Source: Fimicolochytrium jonesii
Lineage: Eukaryota
NCBI RefSeq assembly: GCF_025526975.1
Contig: NW_026515678.1
Location: 248,001-312,000, forward strand
Reading direction: 5' to 3'
Length of the DNA stretch: 64,000 nt
Both the position numbers and the translations under genes were made by a program. The notes beneath the pieces were generated by a model that searched no databases, was not told where the DNA came from, and saw only the letters and a program-made list of their open reading frames with translations. Shown piece after piece: positions 52,688 through 64,000 of the stretch. Within the stretch, counting starts at the first letter, position 1. Every line of letters starts with the position of its first letter.

Positions 52688-55358
52688 ATGAATTTTCATC
52701 CTTACGACTACTATGGCCACGGTGGTCCCGATTTCCCACCAAACGATCTAGGGTTTCACATGGACGAACCACTTCTAGGTCCACCCATACCTCCGCAACC
52801 CTCAGCGCAAGTGCCGCACGACCCTCTAGATGCAAGACCGGGCGAGCATTCATGGCTTTATGGGCATCCCCAACCCATCTACCGGCACGCTGGACCCGTA
52901 CTCAAACCCCGCCGAGCACCGCTACCTCCACCGTACGCCGGCTACAAAGACTACGATGCCTACGAGTCTGTGCCAATAAACTTCGAGAGACAGCAGCAGA
53001 TGCAAAGAGCGGCGGATCGGCCGCTTTCATATAGGAACTTGGGGAACAGTTTTGCGGTGCCCAAGGGGAGTCGGACGGCCATGCATCGGATTTCGGCGAT
53101 GGCTACCACTGCGCGAGATCCCGCGCATTTGCATCCGGCTGGGAAGAGGCTGATGGATGCTGCAAAGGCGGGTGGAGTGCAAATCGGGAGGGCTCCGGTG
53201 ACTGTTCATGTTACATCAGCGAACGGTGCTGCATCGGGGAGGCCAGAGCGAGAGCGAGAGCGACACGATGATGCGCATGGCGGAGGCAGGAATGCCAGTG
53301 TAAAAGCCGAACAGAAATCCAGTCAGGGAAGCACGAGAACCGAGACTCCTCCAGGCAAACCAAATTCAGCAGCAGCAGCAGCAGCGCCATCAAACGGACC
53401 GCCAAAAGCACCCACCCCCGCAACTCAATACCCACTGTCCGTCCCAACAACCTGGAAACGCACCTTCGAATCCACCCGCGTCCGCTGCCCCCAAGAAAGC
53501 GGGGTCGTCGCCCCCGTCGTCGAACTCGCATCGCAGATGCTCAACAGCCGCTGCGCACAGGTCATCCCTGTATTAGGCGGCGGAACGCGACAGAAGTTCA
53601 CGATGGTGATCGATTCCACCATTTTGAAGAGAGGGGTCTTGAGCAGCCGCAGCGATGATGGCATGACCTTGGCTATGTATCTGTTCAAAATGGGACGAGG
53701 CACGAATACGGGAGAGCTGGTCTCTGCGGACTTGATGTTGGGCAAAATGGTGGTTTGGGTCAATGATATGCGGCTACTGGTATGGGGTGAGGTCTCTGCG
53801 CTCTTTCTCGGTCGACAGTTACTCATGGGGTTCCCATTGCTACAGCGCTCGAACACGACAACGGACGGAGTGCAAATCGACCTGCTCCCAGCGCTCAGCC
53901 CGGAAACACTAGACCGAAAAACCGTCAAGATCACAATCGAGGCGGACCCGTACGAGTTCGGATCCGGGTTTGCCATGCTCTGCTTGCGGAGGCTGGATCC
54001 TCAGGTATGGACTGAGTCGACGATATGTAGTCTTCGAGAGATTCGAAAGGTGCTCATCTTCACTTTGCCTCAAAAGCTCGTGCGCGCCGCGGACGGCCTG
54101 TCAGGTACGCGGACATTGCAAATGGGATATATAGACATCTCAGTACAAAACTAACACCCCACGCTCCCCAACCCCCAGCCGAACCCTCCCTCCTCCGCCG
54201 CCACTCCGCCCCCGGCCCACCCTACCCCACCCCGGCCCTCGGAGCCATAAAGCGCTCCACATCAACCTTCTCCCCCTCCCCCAGCATCAGCGTCGCAGAA
54301 CCCCCCACAATCAGCGAGAAACGACCGCGCCAGGGAAGCAGCGAGAATGAAGAAGAAGACGATGGAATAGAAATCGGTGACCAGATCGTGTCCTTGATAT
54401 GCCCGATTGTGATGCGCAAGATTGGGATTCCGGGGAAGGGGAGGGGGTGCCGGCATGTTCAGTGTTTTGATTTGGAGGTAGGGGGATTGAATTTGCGGGT
54501 TGTTTGGGGTGTGTGTTTTGTGTGATTAGGTGCTGACTGTTTTTTTTTGGGGCGGGATTGGTAGGCGTTCACGAAACTGTCCCGCTTGAGCCCGAAATGG
54601 AAATGCGCGGTGTGTAACGAGGTTATTGAGAAATCGGTACGTTTGATAAATCACAATCAACCCCTGGCGCTAACAAGTACACACCGGCCTTCAGCTAACA
54701 ACCCACCTCCTGGCTGGCTCTACAGGACCTAACGGTCTCAGAACCCTTCCTTCACTACCTCGCCGCCTACCCCACCGCCGACCGCTGTATCGTGTGCGCC
54801 GACGGGTCGCATGCACCTTATGTGGAGTCTGTGCGGGGTTCGTCGCAAGGCAGGAAGAAGGCGAGGAAGGAGATTGAGGTTGTGGATCTCTGTGGGAGTG
54901 ACGAGGAAGCGGAGAATGAAGGCGAGAAGCAAGGGCAGGAAGGGGACAGTGAGAAGCGAGGGGAAAAAGGCGGAGCGGAGAAACAAACCCCGCAGATTGA
55001 GATCACGATGATTAGTGATGATGAGGAGGATGAGGAGGAGGATGAGGTGCCGGCTCCCGCTGGGGGGGAGACTGGACGCGAACAACCCACCCACTCCACC
55101 CAACCACCCCCACACGAAGACGACGACGACCCGCCCATCCTCTTCTGGACAGACAAGCTCGGCTCACACCCCCGTCCGGCCGACATCGCGCCCTCCGCCG
55201 AGCCGGATTCGCACACGGCCACGTTGCCCCAACCTGACGAACAACGAGAACAGGAACAGAAAAGGACACGCACGCCCGACCCGACGCAGATGACCTCTGA
55301 GCAGCGCGCGGAGCTGATCCAGCGCATGTTTACGGGTGCTGCGGGTGGGGGTGCGTGA
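52688..55358 (+). CDS. MIZ/SP-RING zinc-finger protein (Siz/PIAS-like SUMO E3 ligase family)
   Basis: IVSLICPIVMRKIGIPGKGRGCRHVQCFDLE|..KWKCAVC, followed by SIM-like IEVVDL.SDEE and IEITMISDDEE. Confidence 0.85.
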
Positions 55359-56669
55359 ATACACGGAAACCCCGAGAGCGAATGTAGAGTTTTTAGTTGC
55401 GGCGGTCCCCCGTGTTAGGCGAAGTCGCAGTGCGACACCTCGTTTGACATATACCCCCCCGCGCGCCTATTTATGAATTTTTTTTTTGGGAGAGGCGCGG
55501 TTGGTGCTGTGTCGGCAGGTGGGGGTATGTATGTATGTATGTAACCCCCCTCAGGTGGGGACGATCGGTGGACGCGGATAGGGTTACTGAAAAGGGTTAG
55601 CTTTGTTTTGTTCTTAGAGTTTACGGGGGAAGGGGATGTGAGAAATCGGACTGGGAGAAGGAAGGAGGGGGGGGGGGGGGGAGTGTATGTAGATTCGGTA
55701 AATGTATAATGTTACTGTATTATATACCCAAACAAAAACTGTCCGAAAGTCCCGCACGCACGAGGATCTTGCAGTCCTGCCCTAGGCGTGGATGTTTGCC
55801 CCTTTTCCCCAGTGTCCGTTGTGCCGTCAAACATACAGTAACTGTGCCCCCTCCTGGCAACAAAAAGAAAGAGACTACAAGGGTACATTCGGCGACACGA
55901 CACGGGAGGGATGTGTAGCCAACGTCGCATAAAATACTGTATCTCCTGCTGCGTTGAAGAAATATGCGGTCTGAACTACAGTATATCTTGCGTGAATGGG
56001 GACACCCCTTGGAACCCGTCGAGATATGGACCAAAAAAGCTGTCGCACAAAACCCTACTCAACCTGTATTGTGTCTGTCCGGGACAGTGACTTGAGACAG
56101 GCCATCACGCTTGAGGCGAACAGAACGCGTCGCTGGCAAACCCTCCCCCTGCGCAAAAAGGAGACCTGCCCCCCCCCTCCCCCCCCCCCCCCCCCTGTGC
56201 CCTGTTCCCGAATCCACTTGTCGGGTGCTGGGAAACGCATGTTTGATTTTAGCAAGGAACAGCGTTAGCGGGTGCAGTGTTGATGAATGTAGGATGGATT
56301 CTATTCGCCCTTCCGCCCAAACACACACAGAATAAAACCATAACCCCCACATCCACACATTTCCATGCACATTGCACACAGGGATTTGTAAGTTACGCCC
56401 CCGCCCCGCCTCTAACAAAAAATTCAGTTGAGGAAATCGGGAAGGGGTGGGCGGGGGGGCCGATATCCTATGATCCCCCGCCTATCCGCCATCCTCATTC
56501 CCCTTCCTAGCCAAGGTCCGACCGCCACGCCTCCCCATATCTCACATCACATTTTTCAGCTTATGTATACAGTGGTTTGCCATTTTTCGTCTAAAGCCCA
56601 ACATGTTAAAACGCAAAAAATGAGGGGGGGGGGGGGTTGTTATGAGCGTGTCTTTTTTCTTTCTTTTTT

Positions 56670-58959
56670 TTAGACCTTGGCCTTTGTCTTCAACTCGACC
56701 GTTTTCGAGTTTCCCTCGCCCAGCACCGTCTTTGCAACCTCGTAGGCCTTGCGGTACGCCTCGAGGGCCTCCTTGCGGTACCGTTTCTCAAAGATCGCGG
56801 CGCCCGATTGGCGTTCGTGGGGTTTCTTCTTGGGGGGTTGCGGGGGGGCTGCGTTGTTGGCTCCGTTGGCAGCACCGCCGCCGTTGGCAGCGCCGGCGGC
56901 CTGTTGCTGGGCGGCCTGCTGGGCAGCGAGGGCCTCGGCCTGGGATTTCTTGCCCATGTTGGCGAGGGCGGAGAGGATGGAGGCGAGTTCCGAGTACAGT
57001 TCGACAAACTCGTGGCGGAGGTGGGGGACGACGTTGGAGTTTTCGTAGACCGAGATGAGGTGTTTGATCAGCGGGAGGCAGGCGGCGTATTCTCCCTTGG
57101 TCTTCAGGGAGTTGAGGAGAGGCAGGTGGGCGTTGACGAGCTGCACGTAGTAAGGGTGGAGGAGCTGCTTGTAGCTGTCGATGTACATGCGGAAGTACTG
57201 GATGACCAGCGGGTGGTTCTTGGAGGTGGAGAACTGGTAGATGGACTGGTAGTCGCGCTGGGCCTGCATGCGCACGCGCTCGACGTACCAGAGGTTGTTC
57301 TCGTGGTTGCATTTGTCGTTGTCGCAGCGGACGATGGTCTTGAGGAGCGTGTCGCGGAGCTCGTCGTCGGCTTTGGCGGCCGCTTTTTCTTCGTCGGTGC
57401 GCTTGTCCTCGGGGTCGTCCTCTTTCTTTTCCTCTTCCTCCTTTTTCTTCTTTTCGTCCTCCTCGGCTTTGCCATTGGCGTCCTTCTTTGGGTAGAACTC
57501 GGGGAACTCGCTCTCGTTGACGTAGACACCCGTGTGGCACTTTTCGCAAAGAACGCCTTCCAAGTAGCGGTCAACGGACTTGCGGAGAGGGGCGCGGCAG
57601 CGGACACAGTCGCACTTGATCTGCTTGGTGGTCATGAGTTCCTGACGGCGGACGCTACGGTTCTGGTACAGCTCGATGTGAGAGACGTAGAGCTCTTCGC
57701 CGGCACGGAGGGGCTTCATCGCACGGTAAGTCAAGATGCCCTTGTCAGCAGTGAAGTGGCAGTTGGGCGCACAGCTAATGGATGCGAAGGTAAAGTTTGT
57801 TCATCAGTACAGGTGAAAAGTTATCCCCAATGATTGACCGCATAATCCCAACCTGTGACGGAAGAAGAGGGCACCCATGGGGAACAATCCAAAGGCGGTG
57901 TCTAGGGATGGCGGTGGGAGCGAAATTGTTAGATCGCGCCGAATGGTACGAAAATTAGAGTTTCCATGCATAGTCAACAAGCCCTACCGGTAACCTTTTC
58001 CTCGTCATCAGTCAAGCTGTGGGCGTTGGTGTTGATGCTAATTGTGCGAGAGGCGAGGAAAGCGTCAGTCGTGATTTTTTGCTGTGCCAAAAGAATAATA
58101 ATACAGTATTCACATACCGGCAAGAGAGGCGCACGATCTCCTCACCAGACGTAGCAAGCAGCTCGGGGAGAATGTCGGACATTTCCTTTGCGGCCGCAGT
58201 GACAGACTTGATCCACTTCTTCTCAAAGACCTGGGTGTGGACCGCGAGCTCCTGGACGACCCACCAAGGCGCGATAGGCGCGTCAGCATACACAGCGGCC
58301 TCCTCATCGACGATCTTTTTGTTCTCGTCGCTCAGCTTGTCACGCTTCTGTTCCAAGCCGCGACGGACGATGAGAGACAAGGTCAACCTGAGCAGATCGG
58401 CGTTGATGTCGTTCTTTGTGGCAATCTCTGCGAGTTTGGGAATGATTGGGCATTCCAAGGCGTGACGTGCGGCATCGGCTTTCTGACAGTTGGATGAGCA
58501 GTAGGTGGTCTTGCCGCAGGTTCCGCAAGTGACTCGCTGCTGAGCCTGTTCGGCCTTGTGCAGTGAGGTAACGCAGCGGTGGCAAAAGTCGTTTGAGGCT
58601 GGCGTGCTGACGATCAAGGTAGCGGCGCGTTCCTGGCAGACAATGTCACCGGGCTGCAGATCTTTCTGGGCGACGGCGTGGCGGCCTTTGGACTGGGAGG
58701 CCTGGATGGTGATTGGCCAGGCATGCTGGTCGACGAGCTCCTTGTAGCGGGTCACGTCAGTGTTGCGAGGCTTCTTCTTTTTGTTCTTAGAAGCGCTCTT
58801 GGCAGCGGCGGCGGCCACAGCGGCGGCAGGCTTCTTGTCGTCTGCCGCAGAAGAAGCCTTGACAGCGACGTCCTTCGCGGGAGCAGCAGCAGCAGTAGCG
58901 GCTGCAGCGGCGGCGGCGGGGGTAGCGACGTCCGTGGGTTGTTGCTTCTTTGCAGCCAT
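56670..58959 (-). CDS. SET and MYND domain (SMYD) lysine methyltransferase
   Basis: KGRHAVA..LQPGDIV, MYND C..C...C..C..YCS..CQ..H..EC, INTNAH, GLFPMGALFF, CAPNC, PLRAGEELYVSH, post-SET CDCVRC, TPR-like C-terminus. Confidence 0.93.
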
Positions 58960-59100
58960 GTCGGATTATGAAGATCTGCCTGTTGATGGGGGAGTCCTTG
59001 GAGTTCAGCAAAAAGCCTTCCTTCTCTCTCTGTCGTCTCTCTCCTGAGTCTCTCCTCCCGCAATCATCAGAGCTCCTCTCTGTATGACGGCCGTGAGCTG

Positions 59101-59150
59101 CTGACTCACTCTGACTCACGCTGACTCACGCTGACTCACGCTGACTCACC
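59101..59150 (+). promoter_or_regulatory. Five tandem 10-bp units each containing TGACTCA (AP-1/Gcn4-type bZIP site)
   Basis: CTGACTCAC(T/G/G/G/C) x5 in the divergent intergenic region between the SMYD gene and U1A. Confidence 0.65.
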
Positions 59151-59441
59151 CATGTCCAACTGTTTCCAACAAGGATAACAAACCCCCATCGGGAACGCTC
59201 GGCAACACACCGGAAGCAACTTCGCTCGCAACCAGCCTGCCCAACCCCAGTGCCCAACCCTCGCAGATCACCCCTCTGGCATACCATACATACCCTCATA
59301 ATACACTTGCCAACTCGGAAGAAAAGAAGCACACACCCACACACGCAGCTACAAGTCTTACTACACTTGATCTTGTCCAGAAAGTCCTCACAAACAAAAC
59401 AAAAACAGAGAGACAGAGTGGATTCAGCAGCAGCATCAGCC

Positions 59442-60792
59442 ATGGCCACTGCAATACCCCCAAACCAGAGTCTCTACATCCAGGGGCTCGACGACCACGT
59501 CCACAAAATAGGTGCGCTCAGAGAACGAGTGCGGTTTTTCTGTCAAGATCACATTTCTCACCGGATTTTCCCACACGCCCTACTATTTCATATGTCTAGA
59601 ACTGCGGAAATCACTCTACTACCTGTTTTCGCAATACGGCTCAGTCATGGATGTTGTCGCACTCAAAACGTCGAAAATGAGGGGGCAGGCTTTTATTGTC
59701 TTTCATGAGATTGCCAGTGCTACGAGTGCCATGAGGAGCTTGCAGGGGTTCCCTTTTTACAATAGGCCACTGGTGAGTGTGGGATGACGGATATAGAGAG
59801 GGATCTGCGAGGAATCTGTCGCGGGCAAAAGAGGTGCGGGATGTCTGAGGACTGCCTTGCAGGCACATGGGGATGCTCGGGATTGGTTCGGTTGCAGAGC
59901 GAACGCCTTTCGCGAGCAAACCGGAGCGGCCAGCGGAGCAAGCCCGAGCGTTAGCGAGCGGAATGAGGAGCGCATGCTCCGCGAGCACAGCGCGAGTTTC
60001 TCTTGCGGCAGAGGCGCAATTCTCCCCTCACTTACTTCTTAGCGAGCGGCGGCGAGCGTTGGATCCTCGGGAGCCAAGCGAGCTTAGCACACACGTAATC
60101 CTCCGCTCGCAATAAGGATGTCGTTTCCATCCGTTCAATCGATATGTCGCTTGGCTCAGCCATCAGCCAGTACGCATCTCTGACATTCCCTCCCACTATC
60201 TTATTCTTTCACAAAGAAAATAACATACGCAAAATCCAAATCGAACGCGGTCAAGATCAAAGAAGGGTCGTATTACGGCGGGAAAGGCAATGCCGCAAAG
60301 AGCGGCGCCGCACCATCAGCGGCAGCAGCAATGGGCCCACAGAAACGGCCGCGTGATGACAACGGCGGTGATGACAGCGAGGACGGTGACGAGGGTAGTT
60401 CGAAACGAGCGAGGAATGGACAGGGTGCGGAAGGTAAATGTCAAACAACAATCCTTACTTACACCCCTGACGCTATATACATTTGCTCACACTTTCTCGT
60501 CACCACAGACATTCACCCCCCCGGCACGACCGCCCCCTCCTCCAACCAACCCAATCCCCCCAACCGCATTCTCTTCCTCACCAACCTCCCCTCCTCCACC
60601 ACCCCCGACATGCTCACCCCTCTCTTCGACCAATATCCCGGCTTCAAAGAGATCCGTCTTGTCCCCGGCAAGTCAGGCATCGCGTTCGTGGAGTATGATA
60701 CGGTCGAGAGCGCGGGAGTGGCGAGGAGCGTGTTGGATGGGTTTAGGGTTACGAGTGGGAATGCTATGGGGGTTGAGTATGCGCGGGTTTGA
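59442..60792 (+). CDS. U1 snRNP A / U2 snRNP B'' two-RRM protein
   Basis: IPPNQSLYIQGL, ELRKSLYYLFSQYG..KTSKMRGQAFIVF..AMRSLQGFPFYNRPL|KITYAKSKS, PPNRILFLTNLP..LFDQYPGFKEIRLVPGKSGIAFVEY. Confidence 0.96.
59880..60170 (+). repeat. Intronic GCGAGC-rich repeat family, copy C (in intron 59773-60216)
   Basis: TTGGTTCGGT, CAGAGCGAACGCCTTTCGCGAGC, TTGCGGCAGAGGCGCAA..CCCTCAC, CTTAGCGAGC..GGCGAG..GGATC and TGTCGTT..CCATCCGT shared with copy B. Confidence 0.75.
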
Positions 60793-61668
60793 GCGGCGGG
60801 GACATGGAGTGAGGTGGATGGGACGGAAGGGGAGGGTACGATTGCTTCAGCCCTGTATATGTAGATACGGAATGCACATAGTGTACATAGTACGTCAATA
60901 CCACACTCCTACCCGGCGACGTGCAGATGCGGATATGCGAATTGGTCACATCTTTTTGCTTAGCCATCTCCATGTCTCCAATCCTCGACACTCATCCACA
61001 ACCATTTTTGCTCGCGGAAACCGCTCATCTTGCCCGACCCTCCCAACGTCCAGAGGAAAGGGAAAACGAACATCCATGTTCAGGAAGCAGCAGCATCCAC
61101 CGAATCATCTCCACAGCACCCAAACGATGTCAGTAGTGAGTGGGTGGACGGATTATAACCGCAGTTTTTAAACACACGTTCCTAACACCATAAATCCCTC
61201 CATGACCTCACGCGACCTCACGTGACCGTCATTTATCGAGTCCGATGGAGTGCGCACCAAGTCCGATGAAGCTTTGGTGTGCACTCCGCTCCGGGTCATC
61301 GAGTGACGGGTGTGCGTCGCGCTGTCGTAATGGAGCGGAGCTCCTGTGGATCACACCGGCTCTCTCCATGATTCTATTTTTGGGAAAAATCTTCAGAAAT
61401 TTCACGCATGGAGGGAGATCGAGTGAGTCTCTCCATGGCTCTCCATAGATGCGAGATTTGAGAAAATCATCAGAAAATTATTCTATGGAGAGCGGAGATT
61501 CATACCCGCATTTTCGAGGAAAAAGTACCGCGAAGGGGCAACCTTCAGAAGCCTGCAGAAGCCTTCGACACCCTTCGGAAGCCTACTGAAGGTTTTTTTG
61601 CTTATCTCACGCCGGTAAAAGCGTTTCAGTTATCAACATATATAAGCTTAGAAATACTAAACAATCCA

Positions 61669-62004
61669 ATGCCAACATCCGTTTTCACCTTTAACGATAA
61701 CACGAAGTTGATAGATGATACCGTCGTACTGCGGTTCGATATCAAAGACCTAGAGAGCCTCAAAAGAATATGTTTATCGATGAAATCAATGCCCGGCTAT
61801 ATGGCGTACATCAAAATGAACGAACATAACCGATACATCTTTAAACAGATCTATTCGATAGCGACTCGGCGTAATTTCAATGAAAAACGCGAGTTTCTAT
61901 ACCATTCCGGATATGTGGGAGTCGTTTTTACTGACGGGCAATTAAGGATGATATGCGGAACTGACAAAAATGAACGAGTGGGTGTTCTCGATATTGAGAT
62001 TTAG
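61669..62004 (+). CDS. Small AT-rich intronless ORFan (111 aa)
   Basis: ATG preceded by a TATATAA-like box at about 61640; stop codon 2 bp from the convergent ORF. Confidence 0.6.
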   Translation: MPTSVFTFNDNTKLIDDTVVLRFDIKDLESLKRICLSMKSMPGYMAYIKMNEHNRYIFKQIYSIATRRNFNEKREFLYHSGYVGVVFTDGQLRMICGTDKNERVGVLDIEI

Positions 62005-62006
62005 AT

Positions 62007-64000
62007 CTAATAACACTGGGTCCAAAAGTTGAGGTATGAATTAGACAACGTTATAGATGTTGGTATGACAATTCGTGCGCTCAATTGAGTATTCGTCGAA
62101 GAGAACAGCAACGGCACTTGGAAACTGAACGGATACCTAGTATTATACGTATTGATATCACAGTAGTATGACACCCCTCTACTAGCCACTACAGTGGAAG
62201 ATTGGTCTAATATTTGAACTGTTACTGTACATCGACTGTTGTTCGAATTCATGTACCCAATGAAACTGACGTGGGCTACGACTCCAGACATCCCCGCTTT
62301 CCATCCAATGGGTCCGAAACCTCCTGTGTAGCCATTCCCGTTAGTTAACAACGCATCTACAACACTGTCTTTGATGCAAACAGCAGATTGAATGACCTGC
62401 GTTGCATATACGTTCGTACTACATGTCAAGTCGCTCTTCACTAATGCAGTTGTGTTGCACATAACCGTGTTCGTATTTATCGCACCCGTAACGTCTAGAG
62501 AGTTTGCAGAAGCGCTAACAAGGGTCGCTTTGGGAACGGCTTGATTATACTGAATCTGTCTTATCACCACTCCACCCGCTGTCGTCTGATTTGCGTATGC
62601 CCATGCGATACCCCATACTACATAAGGCATGGTATTTGCAAAACTAAATGAATTCCCATCTGTGGTCCAACTCGAAGCAGGTATATTCGAAAACGTCGCG
62701 ATTGTTACCATAGCAGACTCGGTTGTTCCGGCAATCACGGAGAACGTAGTAGGCATCGCCACGGCGTCCATCAGGTAGGCGGTGAGTTTGATTGAACTCA
62801 TAGGAATGGCCGACGGCAGTCTCAATAACGACCAATGAAGACTTTGTGTTGTTGAATCTAAACCTAAATTGGCCGTTGAGGTGCTAGATGTTGCCCACCG
62901 CAGTCTGGATGCAATGGAGGCGTTCATGTACGCATCGAATGGATGTCCCGTATATCCATCTACACCGTTTCCATTTGCATACGTGTATTCGCTGGAGGCT
63001 GTAACTGTATAGCCGTTCCATGAGGAACCTGTTGCTGGCGTTGTGGGGTACGGAAATAAAGTAGTTGTCGATGTTAATGCTGGACTCTTCAAATCACCGG
63101 TCACGTTAACATTTGACCCGACATATAGAGATTTCGCTACAGATGCGCCTCCATTCACTACAAGGGCGCCTGATGTGTTAGAGGTTGCATCAGCAGTGTT
63201 CGAGACCGAGACGTTACCTCCAACATATACGTTTTTCGCAACAGAAGCGCCTCCAGAGACTTGCAACGCACCGGTTCCTACTCCTGTGGAATCGGTTGTG
63301 GTAAAGACAGATGCAACACCATTATTTGTAAAAACTTTGAGCCAAGTGGTATTTTCGGCCGAATTCCACACGGAAAAATCTCCTACAGTTCTCAAGTCAT
63401 CCCATACTCTGACATAAGGATTGGAAGACTGATTTGGGTCTATGGAGAGAGGACCTTGTGAACCTGTAGCAGAAATTGTTGCTAAATTCCCGGTGAAAGT
63501 CATGCTTCCTGTAACTGTCAAACTGCCGATAGAACCGGTAGGAATAATAACCTTTCCCGTTCCATCAACTGTAAGACCTTGAGGGCTGTTCCACAATCCT
63601 AAACCCAATGTATTGGTTGCAAGACCCGCTCCAACATAGTTGAAATATACCCTGGCCATGTTATTTGTAGCCGCTCCTACTCCAATTTGAAGTGTTGAGA
63701 AACTCCCCGCTGCCAAATTAGGTGTTCCGAGATGCGAAGATACAACAGGCCCGGTGGAGACGATATTGGAGTATATTGTCCCATTAACAGTCAAGTCTTT
63801 ACCAAGATTGACATTCCCTGCGATACCCGCTCCACCTTTGAGTTGCAGGGCACCGGTCGATATTGAGGTCGAATCGAGAGTGGAAAGAATTTGTACAGAT
63901 GGCAAATTTGAATTGATTATGAAATTGGCATTAGACCCGGAGTATAGGAAAAAGTTCCCAGCGTTTGGAGCGCTTGTACCAGTTCCAGCATAACCGAATG
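62007..64000 (-). CDS. Viral fibre/tail-fibre-like protein with TGAL.V.GG..VA.N repeats and a discoidin/F5/8-like domain (5' end beyond window)
   Basis: The frame stays open to 64000. Three repeats (STSISTGALQLKGGAGIAGN, STGVGTGALQVSGGASVAKN, ATSNTSGALVVNGGASVAKS) and a GYTVTASSEY..PFDA..W...W..LRLP...PTTF.V carbohydrate-binding-like module. S/T/G/N-rich and intronless. Confidence 0.8.
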   Translation of the reverse strand, partial: FGYAGTGTSAPNAGNFFLYSGSNANFIINSNLPSVQILSTLDSTSISTGALQLKGGAGIAGNVNLGKDLTVNGTIYSNIVSTGPVVSSHLGTPNLAAGSFSTLQIGVGAATNNMARVYFNYVGAGLATNTLGLGLWNSPQGLTVDGTGKVIIPTGSIGSLTVTGSMTFTGNLATISATGSQGPLSIDPNQSSNPYVRVWDDLRTVGDFSVWNSAENTTWLKVFTNNGVASVFTTTDSTGVGTGALQVSGGASVAKNVYVGGNVSVSNTADATSNTSGALVVNGGASVAKSLYVGSNVNVTGDLKSPALTSTTTLFPYPTTPATGSSWNGYTVTASSEYTYANGNGVDGYTGHPFDAYMNASIASRLRWATSSTSTANLGLDSTTQSLHWSLLRLPSAIPMSSIKLTAYLMDAVAMPTTFSVIAGTTESAMVTIATFSNIPASSWTTDGNSFSFANTMPYVVWGIAWAYANQTTAGGVVIRQIQYNQAVPKATLVSASANSLDVTGAINTNTVMCNTTALVKSDLTCSTNVYATQVIQSAVCIKDSVVDALLTNGNGYTGGFGPIGWKAGMSGVVAHVSFIGYMNSNNSRCTVTVQILDQSSTVVASRGVSYYCDINTYNTRYPFSFQVPLLFSSTNTQLSARIVIPTSITLSNSYLNFWTQCY

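Larger units (their letters stand above)
61132..64000. mobile_element. Putative left end of an endogenous Polinton/Maverick-like DNA virus
   Basis: Starts AGTAGTGAG (Polinton-type terminus), followed by about 500 bp of non-coding, hairpin-rich DNA, an abrupt drop in GC content, and tightly packed intronless convergent ORFs including a fibre-like protein. Runs off the window. Confidence 0.6.

Noticed and set aside
56749..57833. Long plus-strand and alternative-frame ORFs over the SMYD gene
   Set aside because: Shadow ORFs caused by high GC at third positions.

Overview
GC-rich, intron-containing eukaryotic DNA. It is most likely from a zoosporic fungus (chytrid-like), inferred from short GT-AG introns, a fungalysin M36, a class C GPCR and the flagellar gene TPGS2. 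About 0-22 kb is an accessory-type zone with PET117, a VFT-7TM(-PH) class C GPCR, orphan membrane proteins and three Tc1/mariner-type relics. About 23-61 kb is a dense run of mostly housekeeping genes: SSL1/TFIIH p44, a TLC protein, a mitochondrial carrier, fungalysin, an internally deleted aldo-keto reductase, PIG-L, TPGS2, USB1, an SDR, a sterol glucosyltransferase, an NDP-glucose 4,6-dehydratase, an SP-RING protein, a SMYD methyltransferase and U1A/U2B''. Main highlights: (1) a dispersed, GCGAGC-rich, hairpin-forming element in sense orientation inside unusually long introns of three unrelated genes; (2) the apparent left end of an AT-rich endogenous Polinton/Maverick-like DNA virus from 61132 (AGTAGT terminus, stacked hairpins, fibre-like protein); (3) a decayed relative of that element at about 34.7-37.6 kb with a repeated 16-bp promoter-like motif; (4) C-rich to G-rich skew oscillations in genes; (5) five phased AP-1/Gcn4-type sites in a bidirectional promoter. 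Gene spans include introns. Boundaries were read by eye and no database searches were run.
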